From NCBI GenBank assembly GCA_028709305.1, contig JAQVXE010000002.1, positions 4,097-68,096 on the forward strand: a stretch of DNA of 64,000 nucleotides, written 5' to 3'. The stretch is from Bacillota bacterium. Its GTDB lineage: Bacteria > Bacillota > DTU025. The translations under genes and the position numbers were made by a program. Each line of letters opens with the position of its first letter. The stretch's first letter is position 1. Below the pieces are notes generated by a model. The model saw nothing but the letters and a program-made list of their open reading frames with translations. It was not told the DNA's origin and did no database searches. This document shows positions 1 through 10,050 of the stretch, piece after piece.

Positions 1-128
1 GAGTGTCCATAGTCTCCTCTCTGACATTGGAGAGTATACGAGGGTCATACACCCCGGTTCCGCCTATGATAGCTATTCTCAATCGACTGCACCTCCATCT
101 CGATGGCCACAACAATTCTGCTTGGGTT

Positions 129-1322
129 CTACTTCATATCATTGAGAGCTTGCTCGAATCTATCCAGCCCTTCCTTGATCTTCTCCAGAGAGGTTGCGTA
201 TGACATCCTTATGTAGTCTTCGGTCCCAAACCCGGCGCCGGCCACAACCGCAACATGTGCCTTCTCCAATATGGCATCTGCGAAGCTGATTGAGTCTTCC
301 AGCTCTACTTCACCCAGGGACTTTCCATAAAAGCCCGATACCTTCGGGAAGCAGTAGAAGGCCCCTACAGGCTCAACGCACTCTATTCCCGGCATGCTGC
401 ACAGTCTCTCGTGCATGTACTCCCCACGAACGCGGAACTGCTCTACCATGTGCTCAATTCGCTCGTCAGGTCCTGTTATGGCCGCCAGGGCAGCTTTTTG
501 CGAAATTGAGCACGGGTTGGAAGTGCTGTGGCTCTGAATCCGATTCATGGCTGCGATAAGGTCGGCGTCTCCTGCAGCATAGCCTATTCGCCACCCTGTC
601 ATCGCATATGTCTTGGAAACCCCATTTACCACCAGGGTGCGCGCCTTGATCTCCTCACCAAGCGATGCTATGGAGATGAACTTGGCTCCCCTGTACAGGA
701 GCCTCTCGTAGATCTCATCGGAGAGCACAAATAGATCATGCTCAACTACGATATCGGCGATAGCTGAAAGCTCATCTTCTGAGTACATCATCCCCGTTGG
801 GTTTGACGGCGAATTCAACACGATCACGCGAGTCCTCGGCGTAATTGCTTCTGCTAATGCCTCGGGAGTAATCTTGAAGTTGGTCGATGTCGTATCGATG
901 ATCACAGGTTTGGCCCCTGACATCCTAACCTGGTCAGGGTAGCTCACCCAATACGGGGAAGGAATGATCACTTCATCTTCCTGCCCGCACAATGCCTGAA
1001 AGGCATTGTAAAGGCTGTGCTTAGCGCCGCAGGAGACTATGACCTGCGATGGCTTGTAGTCAAGCCCATTCTCGCGTTGGAATTTTGCGACGATAGCCTC
1101 TTTCAGTTCAGGAATTCCCGCCGTCGGAGTGTAGCGCGTGAATCCGCTGTTTATCGCGTCTATGCCAGCCTTGCGGATATGCTCAGGAGTGTCAAAGTCA
1201 GGTTCGCCCGCCCCAAATCCAATCACATCAATCCCCTTGGCACGCATCTCGCGCGCCTTCGCCTCAACTGCGAAAGTAAGCGACGGTCTTATCGCCTTGG
1301 CCCTTTCTGACAGCTTCATCAT
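129..1322 (-). CDS. PLP-dependent class I aminotransferase, aspartate aminotransferase-like
   Basis: 397 aa. Has the fold-type I aminotransferase layout with the PLP-lysine motif SKTYAMTGWRIGY and NPTG...SDEIY. A GGAGGG ribosome-binding site precedes the tandem ATG start; the second ATG at 1319 has the better spacing. Confidence 0.8.
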   Translation of the reverse strand: MMKLSERAKAIRPSLTFAVEAKAREMRAKGIDVIGFGAGEPDFDTPEHIRKAGIDAINSGFTRYTPTAGIPELKEAIVAKFQRENGLDYKPSQVIVSCGAKHSLYNAFQALCGQEDEVIIPSPYWVSYPDQVRMSGAKPVIIDTTSTNFKITPEALAEAITPRTRVIVLNSPSNPTGMMYSEDELSAIADIVVEHDLFVLSDEIYERLLYRGAKFISIASLGEEIKARTLVVNGVSKTYAMTGWRIGYAAGDADLIAAMNRIQSHSTSNPCSISQKAALAAITGPDERIEHMVEQFRVRGEYMHERLCSMPGIECVEPVGAFYCFPKVSGFYGKSLGEVELEDSISFADAILEKAHVAVVAGAGFGTEDYIRMSYATSLEKIKEGLDRFEQALNDMK

Positions 1323-1535
1323 CAGCCCTCCATTTAGGATTTTCTGGTCCTCCAGGCATCATCGTATTCCATGTGTCCACAAGCCTCGGCAATCCCCAAT
1401 GACTCCGAGACGAAGCGTGCATATCCCTCCTTTCCCTCTCGCCGGGAATAGCCGCCGCGGCGTTCTGCCGCTTGGCGTGAAAGCGGGCTGTAACTAGCTG
1501 TGAAGGTTACGTCTCCCCTGCCCCTACTCCTACAC

Positions 1536-2846
1536 CTATCCCACTTTCACGTGGCACAGAAACTCCATCCACGGATTTGGATGCTCATCGTCTAAGCCGA
1601 ACCGGGTTCTGCAAGAATCAAGAGCATCAAAGAAGTTGCCGGATATGACTGTCTTTGTCGATCCGAGCAATTCGCCGTCTTTCACAACTATAGCCTCAGG
1701 CACGGCCAACGAGAAATTGCCTGTGGCATGATCCTGGGTATGCATGCCCAATACGCCACAGACCAGCAATGCATCTTGGCATTCTCCAACCAGCGACTCC
1801 ACTGTTTCCATCTTGTCTGTTCTGATCAACATCCCGGCATGACCCGGCGACAATCCCCGCTGAGGCAAGGGAGTAGGCTGCATGTTGCACCTGCGAGCAT
1901 ACTTGAGATTGAGTACCGGCGTAACAAGCCGCCCATCCTGAACAAGACTGGTCCGACCGGAGGGGACCCCCTCAACGGTGCACGGGTACGACCCAGGGCC
2001 CATGGGAACCGCGGTATCCAATACGACTTGCAAGTCATCTCTTAGCACACGCTCGCCGCTGCGAAACTGGTCGATCTCAAATCTGGATCTCCCTTCAGCC
2101 ACGTTCTCCCCGCTCAGGTTGGAGGCTATATAGTGGCCTATGAAGGAATCCATCACACTGGGTGATATGATAACGGGCATCGTCCCAGAACCCAGAGAAG
2201 CGGGCAACCGAGCTGCATCCACAAGTCTTGCAGTACGCGCCACAGATTCTCTTACAGCATGCCACGTCTTGCTGCCTCTTCCATAACGGCTATCACCAAG
2301 GGTCTTGTCGAGGTACCAGTAGCACATAGCACTCGTTTCAGAGTACTTCGTCCACAGCCCATTAGATGTCGCCACGATCGTCTCTCCGCAAGAGCAACAT
2401 ACTCGAGAATCAACTACCATTGTTCCGCTGTCACGTGCGGCCTCGCCTATTTCGCTAACCGCCTCCAGCATAGGCGTGGCATCGCCCCGCACCATGTTAG
2501 CGACATGGGGATCATGAAGCTGCACATCTGTAGGGGCCTCAACTTCCCATATGTATGCAGCATCGTCATCACGATAGGCTAGTGATCGCCAGAGCTCCAG
2601 TTCGCGTGGAAGCCGACTCAGGATATTGCTGTCGATCCTTCCACGGCTGCATCGGCCATCTTCCCATATGACAAATACATTCCCTGTAATCTCCGCTGAC
2701 GATCTCGGGGGACTATACGGGCCACCCAGTTTCGAATCGTCAACTCCTATGTCCACCGAGTTTGCGGATTTCACCATGAATCTCCACTCCGCTGCCTCAG
2801 AAAGCGTCTTCTTCAGTGCTACAGCAATTTCAGTAACAGAGGACAT
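1536..2846 (-). CDS. pmbA: TldE/PmbA family metalloprotease partner subunit
   Basis: 436 aa with the TldD/PmbA fold signature and no HExxxH motif. It lies immediately downstream of tldD, which has the active site, with a 1-nt gap. Confidence 0.7.
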   Translation of the reverse strand: MSSVTEIAVALKKTLSEAAEWRFMVKSANSVDIGVDDSKLGGPYSPPRSSAEITGNVFVIWEDGRCSRGRIDSNILSRLPRELELWRSLAYRDDDAAYIWEVEAPTDVQLHDPHVANMVRGDATPMLEAVSEIGEAARDSGTMVVDSRVCCSCGETIVATSNGLWTKYSETSAMCYWYLDKTLGDSRYGRGSKTWHAVRESVARTARLVDAARLPASLGSGTMPVIISPSVMDSFIGHYIASNLSGENVAEGRSRFEIDQFRSGERVLRDDLQVVLDTAVPMGPGSYPCTVEGVPSGRTSLVQDGRLVTPVLNLKYARRCNMQPTPLPQRGLSPGHAGMLIRTDKMETVESLVGECQDALLVCGVLGMHTQDHATGNFSLAVPEAIVVKDGELLGSTKTVISGNFFDALDSCRTRFGLDDEHPNPWMEFLCHVKVG

Positions 2847-2847
2847 C

Positions 2848-4338
2848 TCATACTCCCCCGATCGTTATCTCGTCGTTCTCGTCAATTACCAGGAACATAT
2901 TCCCGCCTCCGCTTGATGGGACCGCTTGCCCTGCTTTCCCACACGTGCCCATTGCGTCTATCATCGGCTCGCCGATTCCTGCTATGATCGACCCAAGGGC
3001 CGACAGAATCTTGCCGCTGAAGATCGCAGGTTGGAGAAGGCGGATACCGCCCGGGGTCAGTTCGTAGATGGCGGTGCAGTTGAATACGAAGTCCCCCTTT
3101 GCTGGGTTGACCTGACCGCCTTTGTATCCCGAAAGGTACAGGACAGGCTCATCGTCGATCAGGAGGTCTGCCCGTGCCAGAACATCCCTCACGTCCTCAG
3201 GCGTAACGTCTTCAAAGTCCTTGCTGATAGGCAACGGATCCTCAACAGTAATCCGTATGTTCGTCATTCTCGGCACAGGGACATGGCGATAACTCTCTGC
3301 CCTCGCTGCTCCCGTAATAGGAACTCCTGCCCGTTCCGCCGAGAAGACGTCAGACAGGCCACAGCAAAGCTCGCCTCGTCGGACAATCTCCACAGTCTCT
3401 CGGAGAATCCCATTGGCCGATATGGGCTGGTATGCGTAATCCCCTTCAACGGGACCGTCAACGATGTTCACAATCTCAGACGCAACACGATGGCCCTTTC
3501 GGAACTTCCCGTTCAAACCCAAGATCGAAGTCTCCATTCCATCGCATTCTGCCGCATGGCCAAAAGCTTCGTGGGCAAGCCCCTTGGCCAGGGCGTAATC
3601 TATCACAACCCTGCATGATCCTGCCGAAGCCCGCGGCGCCTCAAGGAGAGCAAGAGCGGTGAGAGCCGCCTTGCGCGTTCGTTTCTCAAGGCGCGTGCGC
3701 CCCTCTGCAGATGCTATGATCCTCGCATCGGCTCCTGACAGAGATGCATTTGCGCTTGCTGCCCTTCCATTGCCTCTGGCGGTCATCATGTTCATCGCAG
3801 CCGACCGCGGTATGGAGAACATAGTATCGGTGCCGTCACTCCTCACTATCCTCCATTGTTCATTGGCAATACGATAGAAGGAACGAACAGCAAGCCTCTG
3901 GTCTATCTCCATCGCGGCCCTGCATATTTCAGAGACAAGGCGTTCTTCCTCATTGTGGGAAATGCTGTCGAGCCCCATGGGCATGTGAACGTCAATGTCG
4001 CGTATCAAAGGCCTCGCCTGGTTTATCTCCTTGGATGGCTCAGCCCCACACTTGCTGGATGCGCAAGCCAAATTCGTCGCAGACTCCACAAGCCCTACGA
4101 GGGACTCCGGGTTTATCACATCAGACGATGCAAACCCCGAGTAGCCTTCAAAGGTAAAAACCTGTACACCCACACCGGAGATCTCCTCAACACTCAGAAG
4201 ATCAGTACGCCCATTGACTACGCCCACTGCGCGCTCGGTCTTGTCCTGAATGCGCACTATGGCATATACGCCAAGCTCTCGGGCTCTCTCCATCGCCCTG
4301 TTACACGCCTCGGTGTAGGCCCCAACCCTAAGTGTCAT
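2848..4338 (-). CDS. tldD: TldD metalloprotease
   Basis: 496 aa. Carries the TldD zinc-binding motif GLAHEAFGH, a Gly-rich N-terminal region, and a C-terminal GxC motif. Its start overlaps the stop of the upstream ABC-F gene (ATGA). Confidence 0.75.
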   Translation of the reverse strand: MTLRVGAYTEACNRAMERARELGVYAIVRIQDKTERAVGVVNGRTDLLSVEEISGVGVQVFTFEGYSGFASSDVINPESLVGLVESATNLACASSKCGAEPSKEINQARPLIRDIDVHMPMGLDSISHNEEERLVSEICRAAMEIDQRLAVRSFYRIANEQWRIVRSDGTDTMFSIPRSAAMNMMTARGNGRAASANASLSGADARIIASAEGRTRLEKRTRKAALTALALLEAPRASAGSCRVVIDYALAKGLAHEAFGHAAECDGMETSILGLNGKFRKGHRVASEIVNIVDGPVEGDYAYQPISANGILRETVEIVRRGELCCGLSDVFSAERAGVPITGAARAESYRHVPVPRMTNIRITVEDPLPISKDFEDVTPEDVRDVLARADLLIDDEPVLYLSGYKGGQVNPAKGDFVFNCTAIYELTPGGIRLLQPAIFSGKILSALGSIIAGIGEPMIDAMGTCGKAGQAVPSSGGGNMFLVIDENDEITIGGV

Positions 4339-6320
4339 TCCTCACATCCCCCAGTCACTTCAACTTCGTTCAATGCTCTCTCCCATGCTTCATACAAAGC
4401 TTCAATCTCATCCATAAGCTGCCGATGCATCAATACCACGTCCCTTGCTCGATCACCATCCGCATATAGCTCCTCTGAGGCGAGTTCCTCTTCGACTTTG
4501 CCAAGGCGCGTCTCTTTTTCCTCAATCTCAGCCTCAATAGCCTCAGCTACAGCTTGAGCATGGCCCACGCTGGCACTATCGGAAGCACCTGCCCGTCCAC
4601 GCTTGCCTCTGCCTGTGGGCTTGATGCGCGCAAGTGACACTCCGGAAGCCTTCAGCCTGGCCTCAAGCTCCGCCTCAGCGTCCTCAGCAGCCGCGCGCGA
4701 AGCTTCGGCTCTCTCTTTGAAAAGCGTCTCCCGGTAGAAGCTGTAGTTGCCGTCATACAGCTTCCATTGGCCATCCGCGATTTCAAGAATAGACGTGGCA
4801 ATCTGGTCAAGAAAATATCTATCATGGCTCGCACATATCACAGTGCCATCAAACTCATCAATCGCCTGCTCCAACGCGTGCCGAGCCTCAATGTCAAGAT
4901 GGTTCGTGGGTTCGTCGAGCAATAACAGATTGGGGCCTTCCAGGATTAGTTTCGCAAGGATCAGACGATTGCGCTCGCCCCCCGAAAGCGCCTCAACAGG
5001 CTTAAACACATCCTCTCCCCGAAACAGAAAGCGCGCTGCGTAACTTCTAGCCTCGCCCAAGGTCCAATCTCGAGCGCGGTACAATTCGTCCAACACAGTC
5101 AGCTCATTATTGAGACCTGCGAGGTCTTGCCAGAATATTCCGAGGGTCACATTCTCACCAAAGTCCACACTGCCCGAATCGGGAGAGATATCATTGGCGA
5201 TTATCCTTAGAAGTGTCGTCTTACCAGAACCGTTAGGCCCAACAATGCCTAGCCTCTCCCCGCGTTCCACGACAAAGTCCATTTCCTCGAAGAGTGTATG
5301 CTCGCCGAAGCTTTTGGATATCCCGCTGACCGATAGCGCAAGGCGCCCGGAGCGCGCCGCCTTTCCAAACGACAGCTTCATTGAAGGGCCTTCACGGGGT
5401 TTCTGGATGCGTTCGATCCGCGCCAGCATCTTCTCCCGGCTCTTAGCCATTGTGCTGCGATTTCCCGCCTTATAGCGCCTTACATACGCCTCAAGCTTCT
5501 GTATCTTCTCCTGCTGCCGCTGATACTCCTCGGTCTGCCGCTCTCTTGCAAGCTCTTTTTCTGCTACGAAAAACGTGTAGTTGCCCGGATATGCCACAAC
5601 CTTAAGATCATCCATGTCCCATATGCTATCTATCGTCGCGTCGAGGAAGTACCGGTCATGGGAGACGACGATGAAAGCGCCCCTGAAAGCCTTTAGATAG
5701 TCTTCGAGCCACTCGCACGCTATCACATCCAGATGATTCGTTGGTTCATCCAAGAGTAGCAAGTTTGGCGCAGCAACCAGCATTCGCGCAAGGGCCACAC
5801 GAACCTTTTGTCCTCCGCTTAGGGTATCTATGACTCTTCCGAGGTCGTCCTCGGCAAACCCCAGCCCGAAAAGGGTGGACTTGATGCGTACATCGTAATC
5901 ATAGCCTCCCATGAGCTCATAGTCAGTGGAAAGCTGAGAGTACCGACGCATCACCATGTCGAGCTTGCACTCTGATGCTATCACCTCAGGATCGGACATC
6001 TTCCTCTCCAGATCCCGCATTTCTGCGCCTACCTGAAATGTCTTTGCGAAAGCCGTTTTCATCTCATCGTAGAGGGTGTTGCCTGAGGTGTATTCCTTTC
6101 CCTGAGCGAGGTACCCCGCCTCACAGCCTGAAGCAAGCGCCACTGAGCCCGAATCGTAGTCCTCAATGCCGGCCATGATTCGAAGAAGGGTGCTCTTGCC
6201 ACTGCCATTCCGGCCCACTAGGCCAATGCGATCGCCTTCAGCTACTGACAGGGAGACCCCGTCGAGTATGGGGAATGCGCCGAATGATTTCTTCAGGGAG
6301 TCAATTACAAGGACCGACAC
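4335..6320 (-). CDS. ABC-F family ATPase: two ABC domains, no TMD, C-terminal coiled coil, Uup/YdiF-like
   Basis: 661 aa. Two Walker A motifs (GRNGSGKST and GPNGSGKTT), two LSGG signatures, two LLLLDEPTNHLD Walker B motifs, and an acidic coiled-coil tail. Confidence 0.85.
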   Translation of the reverse strand: MSVLVIDSLKKSFGAFPILDGVSLSVAEGDRIGLVGRNGSGKSTLLRIMAGIEDYDSGSVALASGCEAGYLAQGKEYTSGNTLYDEMKTAFAKTFQVGAEMRDLERKMSDPEVIASECKLDMVMRRYSQLSTDYELMGGYDYDVRIKSTLFGLGFAEDDLGRVIDTLSGGQKVRVALARMLVAAPNLLLLDEPTNHLDVIACEWLEDYLKAFRGAFIVVSHDRYFLDATIDSIWDMDDLKVVAYPGNYTFFVAEKELARERQTEEYQRQQEKIQKLEAYVRRYKAGNRSTMAKSREKMLARIERIQKPREGPSMKLSFGKAARSGRLALSVSGISKSFGEHTLFEEMDFVVERGERLGIVGPNGSGKTTLLRIIANDISPDSGSVDFGENVTLGIFWQDLAGLNNELTVLDELYRARDWTLGEARSYAARFLFRGEDVFKPVEALSGGERNRLILAKLILEGPNLLLLDEPTNHLDIEARHALEQAIDEFDGTVICASHDRYFLDQIATSILEIADGQWKLYDGNYSFYRETLFKERAEASRAAAEDAEAELEARLKASGVSLARIKPTGRGKRGRAGASDSASVGHAQAVAEAIEAEIEEKETRLGKVEEELASEELYADGDRARDVVLMHRQLMDEIEALYEAWERALNEVEVTGGCEE

Positions 6321-7142
6321 CTATACCATCCTCTTGTCTTCAACGTGGCATGCAAATGCCGAGTGGTTGTGGATGGACTCCATGCTTTCGCATTCCACCT
6401 CAAACCATCTCACCCGCGGCTCATCTCTGAGGGCTATAACAACATCCCGAAGTATGTCCTCTACAAACTTGGGGTTGCCGTAGGCCGCCTCGGTTACGTA
6501 TTTCTCATCTCTGCGCTTCAGAAGGGGATATATCTCGCAGCTGCCCTCCGCCTCCAACAGCTGGATCAGTTCCTCAAGCCATAAGAATCCAGCTGCGCTG
6601 AACTTCACTTTGGCCCGAATCATTGCGCGCTGGTTGTGGGCACCATAGTCGGAGATCTCTTTGCTACATGGGCAGCACGAAGTGACTGGAACCTCTACTC
6701 CCATCGTGAAAGAATGGCGTTTGCCGTCCAGAACCCCGGTGAACTCGCAGTTGTAGTCCAGAATACTCTCCTTGCCGCTTACAGGCGCGGTTTTGGTGAC
6801 GAAATATTTGAACCTTATGGATATGTCAGCGCGCTGCGCCACCAGAGCCCCACATGTTTCCCTGAGAATCGCAAGTATCTCCACATTGGATATGGGCTTC
6901 CTGCTCCATGGCAGAAGGACTTCCATGAACCTGCTCATGTGTGCCCCCTTGAACTGCATGGGAAGCGCCACAGAGAGTGAGACGATTCCCAAAACAGACT
7001 GCCAACCGCCCTCTTTGGCAGCTATCTGCAGAGGCAGGTGAACATCCTTGACTCCCACTTTCTGTATGTCGATACCTCTCGAATCCGGAAGGTTCTGAAC
7101 ATCCTGCATGTCGGTGTCCCCTCTCATGCCACGACTTTTCAT
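6321..7142 (-). CDS. folE2: GTP cyclohydrolase I type 2 (FolE2/MptA family)
   Basis: 273 aa with the DUF198/FolE2 hallmarks: DVQNLPDSRGIDIQKVGV, the CCPCSKEIS cysteine motif, and a C-terminal FACH motif. The true start is probably the internal ATG at 7109 or 7127. Its stop directly abuts the ABC-F start. Confidence 0.8.
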   Translation of the reverse strand: MKSRGMRGDTDMQDVQNLPDSRGIDIQKVGVKDVHLPLQIAAKEGGWQSVLGIVSLSVALPMQFKGAHMSRFMEVLLPWSRKPISNVEILAILRETCGALVAQRADISIRFKYFVTKTAPVSGKESILDYNCEFTGVLDGKRHSFTMGVEVPVTSCCPCSKEISDYGAHNQRAMIRAKVKFSAAGFLWLEELIQLLEAEGSCEIYPLLKRRDEKYVTEAAYGNPKFVEDILRDVVIALRDEPRVRWFEVECESMESIHNHSAFACHVEDKRMV

Positions 7143-7213
7143 TGTCTAACTGTTTGTTTTTCTACGAAGGTGTTCACTATCCCTTCTATTCAACGGCCCC
7201 GGATAACCCACTG

Positions 7214-7262
7214 CGGACTCGGGATGACTGGCACCTAATAGGGTGACCAGATTGCAGTCCGC
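7214..7262. promoter_or_regulatory. imperfect 49-nt stem-loop in the divergent folE2 / nucleotidyltransferase intergenic region
   Basis: Outer arms GCGGACT / AGTCCGC enclose inner arms CTGGCACC / GGTGACCAG (one bulge) with loop TAATAG. A second inverted repeat, ATTCAGT-N20-ACTGAAT, lies at 7323-7356. Confidence 0.3.
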
Positions 7263-7391
7263 CGCCTCATGTTTGAGGTCGTGTTTCAAAAGGACTTCGA
7301 CCGTTGCTCGTAGAAACCCATTATTCAGTAATACAATTGCCAACCGAAAACTGAATCAGAGGCCTAAATATGTAAATACGGGGGTGGGGTT

Positions 7392-9893
7392 ATGAAGGCA
7401 ATGCTTCTCGGGGCTGGAGAAGGGACCCGTCTGAGGCCGATCACAGCAACGCGTCCAAAACCTATGATCCCCATAGCAAACCGACCCATTATGGAGCACA
7501 TACTCTTGCTGCTCAAGTCCCACGGAGTCCGCGACGTCTACTCCAACCTTTACTACCTTGCCGACCAGATAGAATCGTATTTTGGTGATGGCTCAGCTCT
7601 GGGTCTCTCGCTCAAATTCAAAGTTGAAGAGAAGCTTCCGGGTACAGCAGGCGGAGTCAAAAACTTGGAGGAGCACTTCGATGAAACCTTCTGCGTGATC
7701 TCAGGCGATCTGCTCACAGATTTCGATCTTACCCAGGCATTGGAGTTTCACAAGAGCCGCGGTGCCATTGCGACGATTCTTCTCACGCGCATTGACAACC
7801 CTCTCGAATACGGCGTAGTAATCACCGACAGGGATGGGCGCATACAACGTTTCCTCGAGAAACCAGGTTGGGCTGAGGTTTTCTCCGATACCATAAATAC
7901 AGGGATTTACATCCTTGAGCCCGCTGTCTTCGATTTCATTCCTCCTGGAGTCGATTTCGACTTCTCCCGTGACCTCTTCCCTCTCCTGCTGGAGAAGGAC
8001 CAACCGCTGTTCGGATATGTGGCAGGTGGCTACTGGTGCGATGTCGGCAACATAGACATGTACCTTAAGGCTCAGGTGGACGCCTTGTCAGGCAAGGTCA
8101 AACTGAACATTCCAGGAGAGCGGATTACGCCGAACATCTGGGTCGGCAAGTCAGCTAAGATAAGCTCCAGGGCGGATCTCAAGGGACCCATAGTTCTGGG
8201 CGACAATTGCGAGGTAGCTCCTGGCGCAAGGCTACGCGAATTCTGCATCATCGGCGACAACGTTGTCGTGGCTCCCAACTCCTTCGTTGTCAGATCAACA
8301 GTCTTCAGCAACTCTTATGTAGGCGAGAACTCGGTCGTATCGGGCTCCGTTATCTGCAAGAACGTTGTTCTCAAAGATAGCGTGCGCGTAGGGGAAGGCG
8401 CAGTAGTCTCCGATGACTCCATATTGAACAGTAGCGTTACAGTGAAGCCCGGCATCAGAGTATGGCCCGGCAAGAGCATTGATGAGAGCGTAGTGCTTTC
8501 ATCCAGTGTAGTGTGGGAGCAACGCCTCAGGCGCGAGTTGTTCCATTCCGGCAAGGTATCCGGGCTCGTGAATTTCGAATTTACGCCCGAATTCGCGCTT
8601 AGGCTAGGCAATGCAATCGGGGGCACGATGAAGAAAGGCGCAAGCGTCATAGTAAGCCGAGATCCAAGCCGCACAGCAAGAATGATGAAACGCGCCCTCG
8701 CTGCCGGGCTATCCAGCTCAGGCGTTTCCGTCTGCGACCTGCAAGGCGTTCCAGTTCCTATCCTCTCCCACATGGCCAGGCGCGGCGATTTCACGTACGC
8801 AATACACACGCAAACTTCAGACAGAAACTACGAGTTTGTTGACATCAACGTCTTCGACTCAGAGGGGCTTGCGCTATCGCGAGAATCAGAGCGCAAACTC
8901 GAAACCCTGCTGGCGCGTGAAGATCCGCGCCGCACTAGCGCCCGTGAGGTCGGCGGCATAAGGTACTATCCAAGAGCAATAGACATCTACACTGAAGACT
9001 GTCTTTCCAACATCGATATGGAAGCCACGAAGGCAAACCGCATGAAACTCGTAGTAGACTGCAGCTACGGCTTCGGGGGAAGCATCCTACCTTCCATGCT
9101 TGTGCAAATGGGCGCGGAAGTCATGTCGCTAAATGCCATAGAGCAGGAGACCAAGATGCCGAAATCGGCAGAGCAATTCGCGCAGTCCCTGGATGAGTTG
9201 GGCCTTATAGTCAACACGATCGACGCCGACATGGGAATCGTCATGGATCCTCAGGGGACAAAAATGTGGGTCATCGCTGACGGGGGACGTGTCGTCACCG
9301 ATATGGAGCTTGCCTACCTTTTCTCCCTCCTGACAGTGCGCTCGAAAGATTCGCGGAACGTTTCCATGCCCAGCTATATGCCGTCAGTCTTCGCCCAGGC
9401 TCTCACCGCCAACGGAGCCACCGTCTACCGCGCCAAGGCAAATGTAAGAAGCCTTTCTGACCTAGCGCGCACGAGCAACTCGTCCATTGCATCTGACCTA
9501 GTCGGCGGATTCATGTTCCCCAGCCTGCACAATGGGTTCGATGCACTCTTCGGCGCCGCGAAGTTCATAGAGCTCGTTGCCAAAGACGCCGCTCCACTCT
9601 CTCAACTTGTGCAGCTCGTCCCCGAGCACCATCTCCTCTCTGATACGGTGCCATGCCCCTGGGAACTGAAAGGTCAAGCAATGAGAGAGCTTCTCAGCAA
9701 ACTGGATGACCCAACTGTGGAGACGTACGATGGCTACAAGAAATCAGTGGGAGATGCATGGTACATGGTGATGCCCGACCCCGTGCATCCCTCCTTCACG
9801 CTCTATGCCGAAGGCGCCACACAAGCCGAAGCCGAAAAGATGTTGGAGGCAGCCAGAAAAGAAGTAGTGGCCGAAATGGCCAAGCATCCCTGA
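7392..9893 (+). CDS. bifunctional sugar-1-phosphate nucleotidyltransferase / phosphohexomutase (mannose-1-P guanylyltransferase plus phosphomannomutase-like fusion)
   Basis: 833 aa. The N-terminus has the NTP-transferase motif LGAGEGTRLRPIT and KPMIPIANRP. A hexapeptide-repeat (left-handed beta-helix) middle follows. The C-terminal roughly 450 aa resemble alpha-D-phosphohexomutase. A GGGGGTGGGG ribosome-binding site sits upstream. Confidence 0.75.
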   Translation: MKAMLLGAGEGTRLRPITATRPKPMIPIANRPIMEHILLLLKSHGVRDVYSNLYYLADQIESYFGDGSALGLSLKFKVEEKLPGTAGGVKNLEEHFDETFCVISGDLLTDFDLTQALEFHKSRGAIATILLTRIDNPLEYGVVITDRDGRIQRFLEKPGWAEVFSDTINTGIYILEPAVFDFIPPGVDFDFSRDLFPLLLEKDQPLFGYVAGGYWCDVGNIDMYLKAQVDALSGKVKLNIPGERITPNIWVGKSAKISSRADLKGPIVLGDNCEVAPGARLREFCIIGDNVVVAPNSFVVRSTVFSNSYVGENSVVSGSVICKNVVLKDSVRVGEGAVVSDDSILNSSVTVKPGIRVWPGKSIDESVVLSSSVVWEQRLRRELFHSGKVSGLVNFEFTPEFALRLGNAIGGTMKKGASVIVSRDPSRTARMMKRALAAGLSSSGVSVCDLQGVPVPILSHMARRGDFTYAIHTQTSDRNYEFVDINVFDSEGLALSRESERKLETLLAREDPRRTSAREVGGIRYYPRAIDIYTEDCLSNIDMEATKANRMKLVVDCSYGFGGSILPSMLVQMGAEVMSLNAIEQETKMPKSAEQFAQSLDELGLIVNTIDADMGIVMDPQGTKMWVIADGGRVVTDMELAYLFSLLTVRSKDSRNVSMPSYMPSVFAQALTANGATVYRAKANVRSLSDLARTSNSSIASDLVGGFMFPSLHNGFDALFGAAKFIELVAKDAAPLSQLVQLVPEHHLLSDTVPCPWELKGQAMRELLSKLDDPTVETYDGYKKSVGDAWYMVMPDPVHPSFTLYAEGATQAEAEKMLEAARKEVVAEMAKHP

Positions 9894-9906
9894 GGCCTTA
9901 GGCCTC
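9892..9906 (+). terminator. palindrome GAGGCCTTAGGCCTC overlapping the stop codon, possibly a weak terminator
   Basis: A 6-bp stem with a 3-nt loop immediately after TGA. There is no U tract. Confidence 0.25.
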
Positions 9907-10050
9907 CAGATCCAGGATCCAAGTTCATTGTTGCCCGGCGAGATTCGACGCTGAGCAAATCACGTCGGGCTCTGATTGGAGAACGTCAGATGCCAGTAAC
10001 GTCACTGGGACTTATGACATACATTTACGTAGAGGAAGTCTGTTGGGGAG

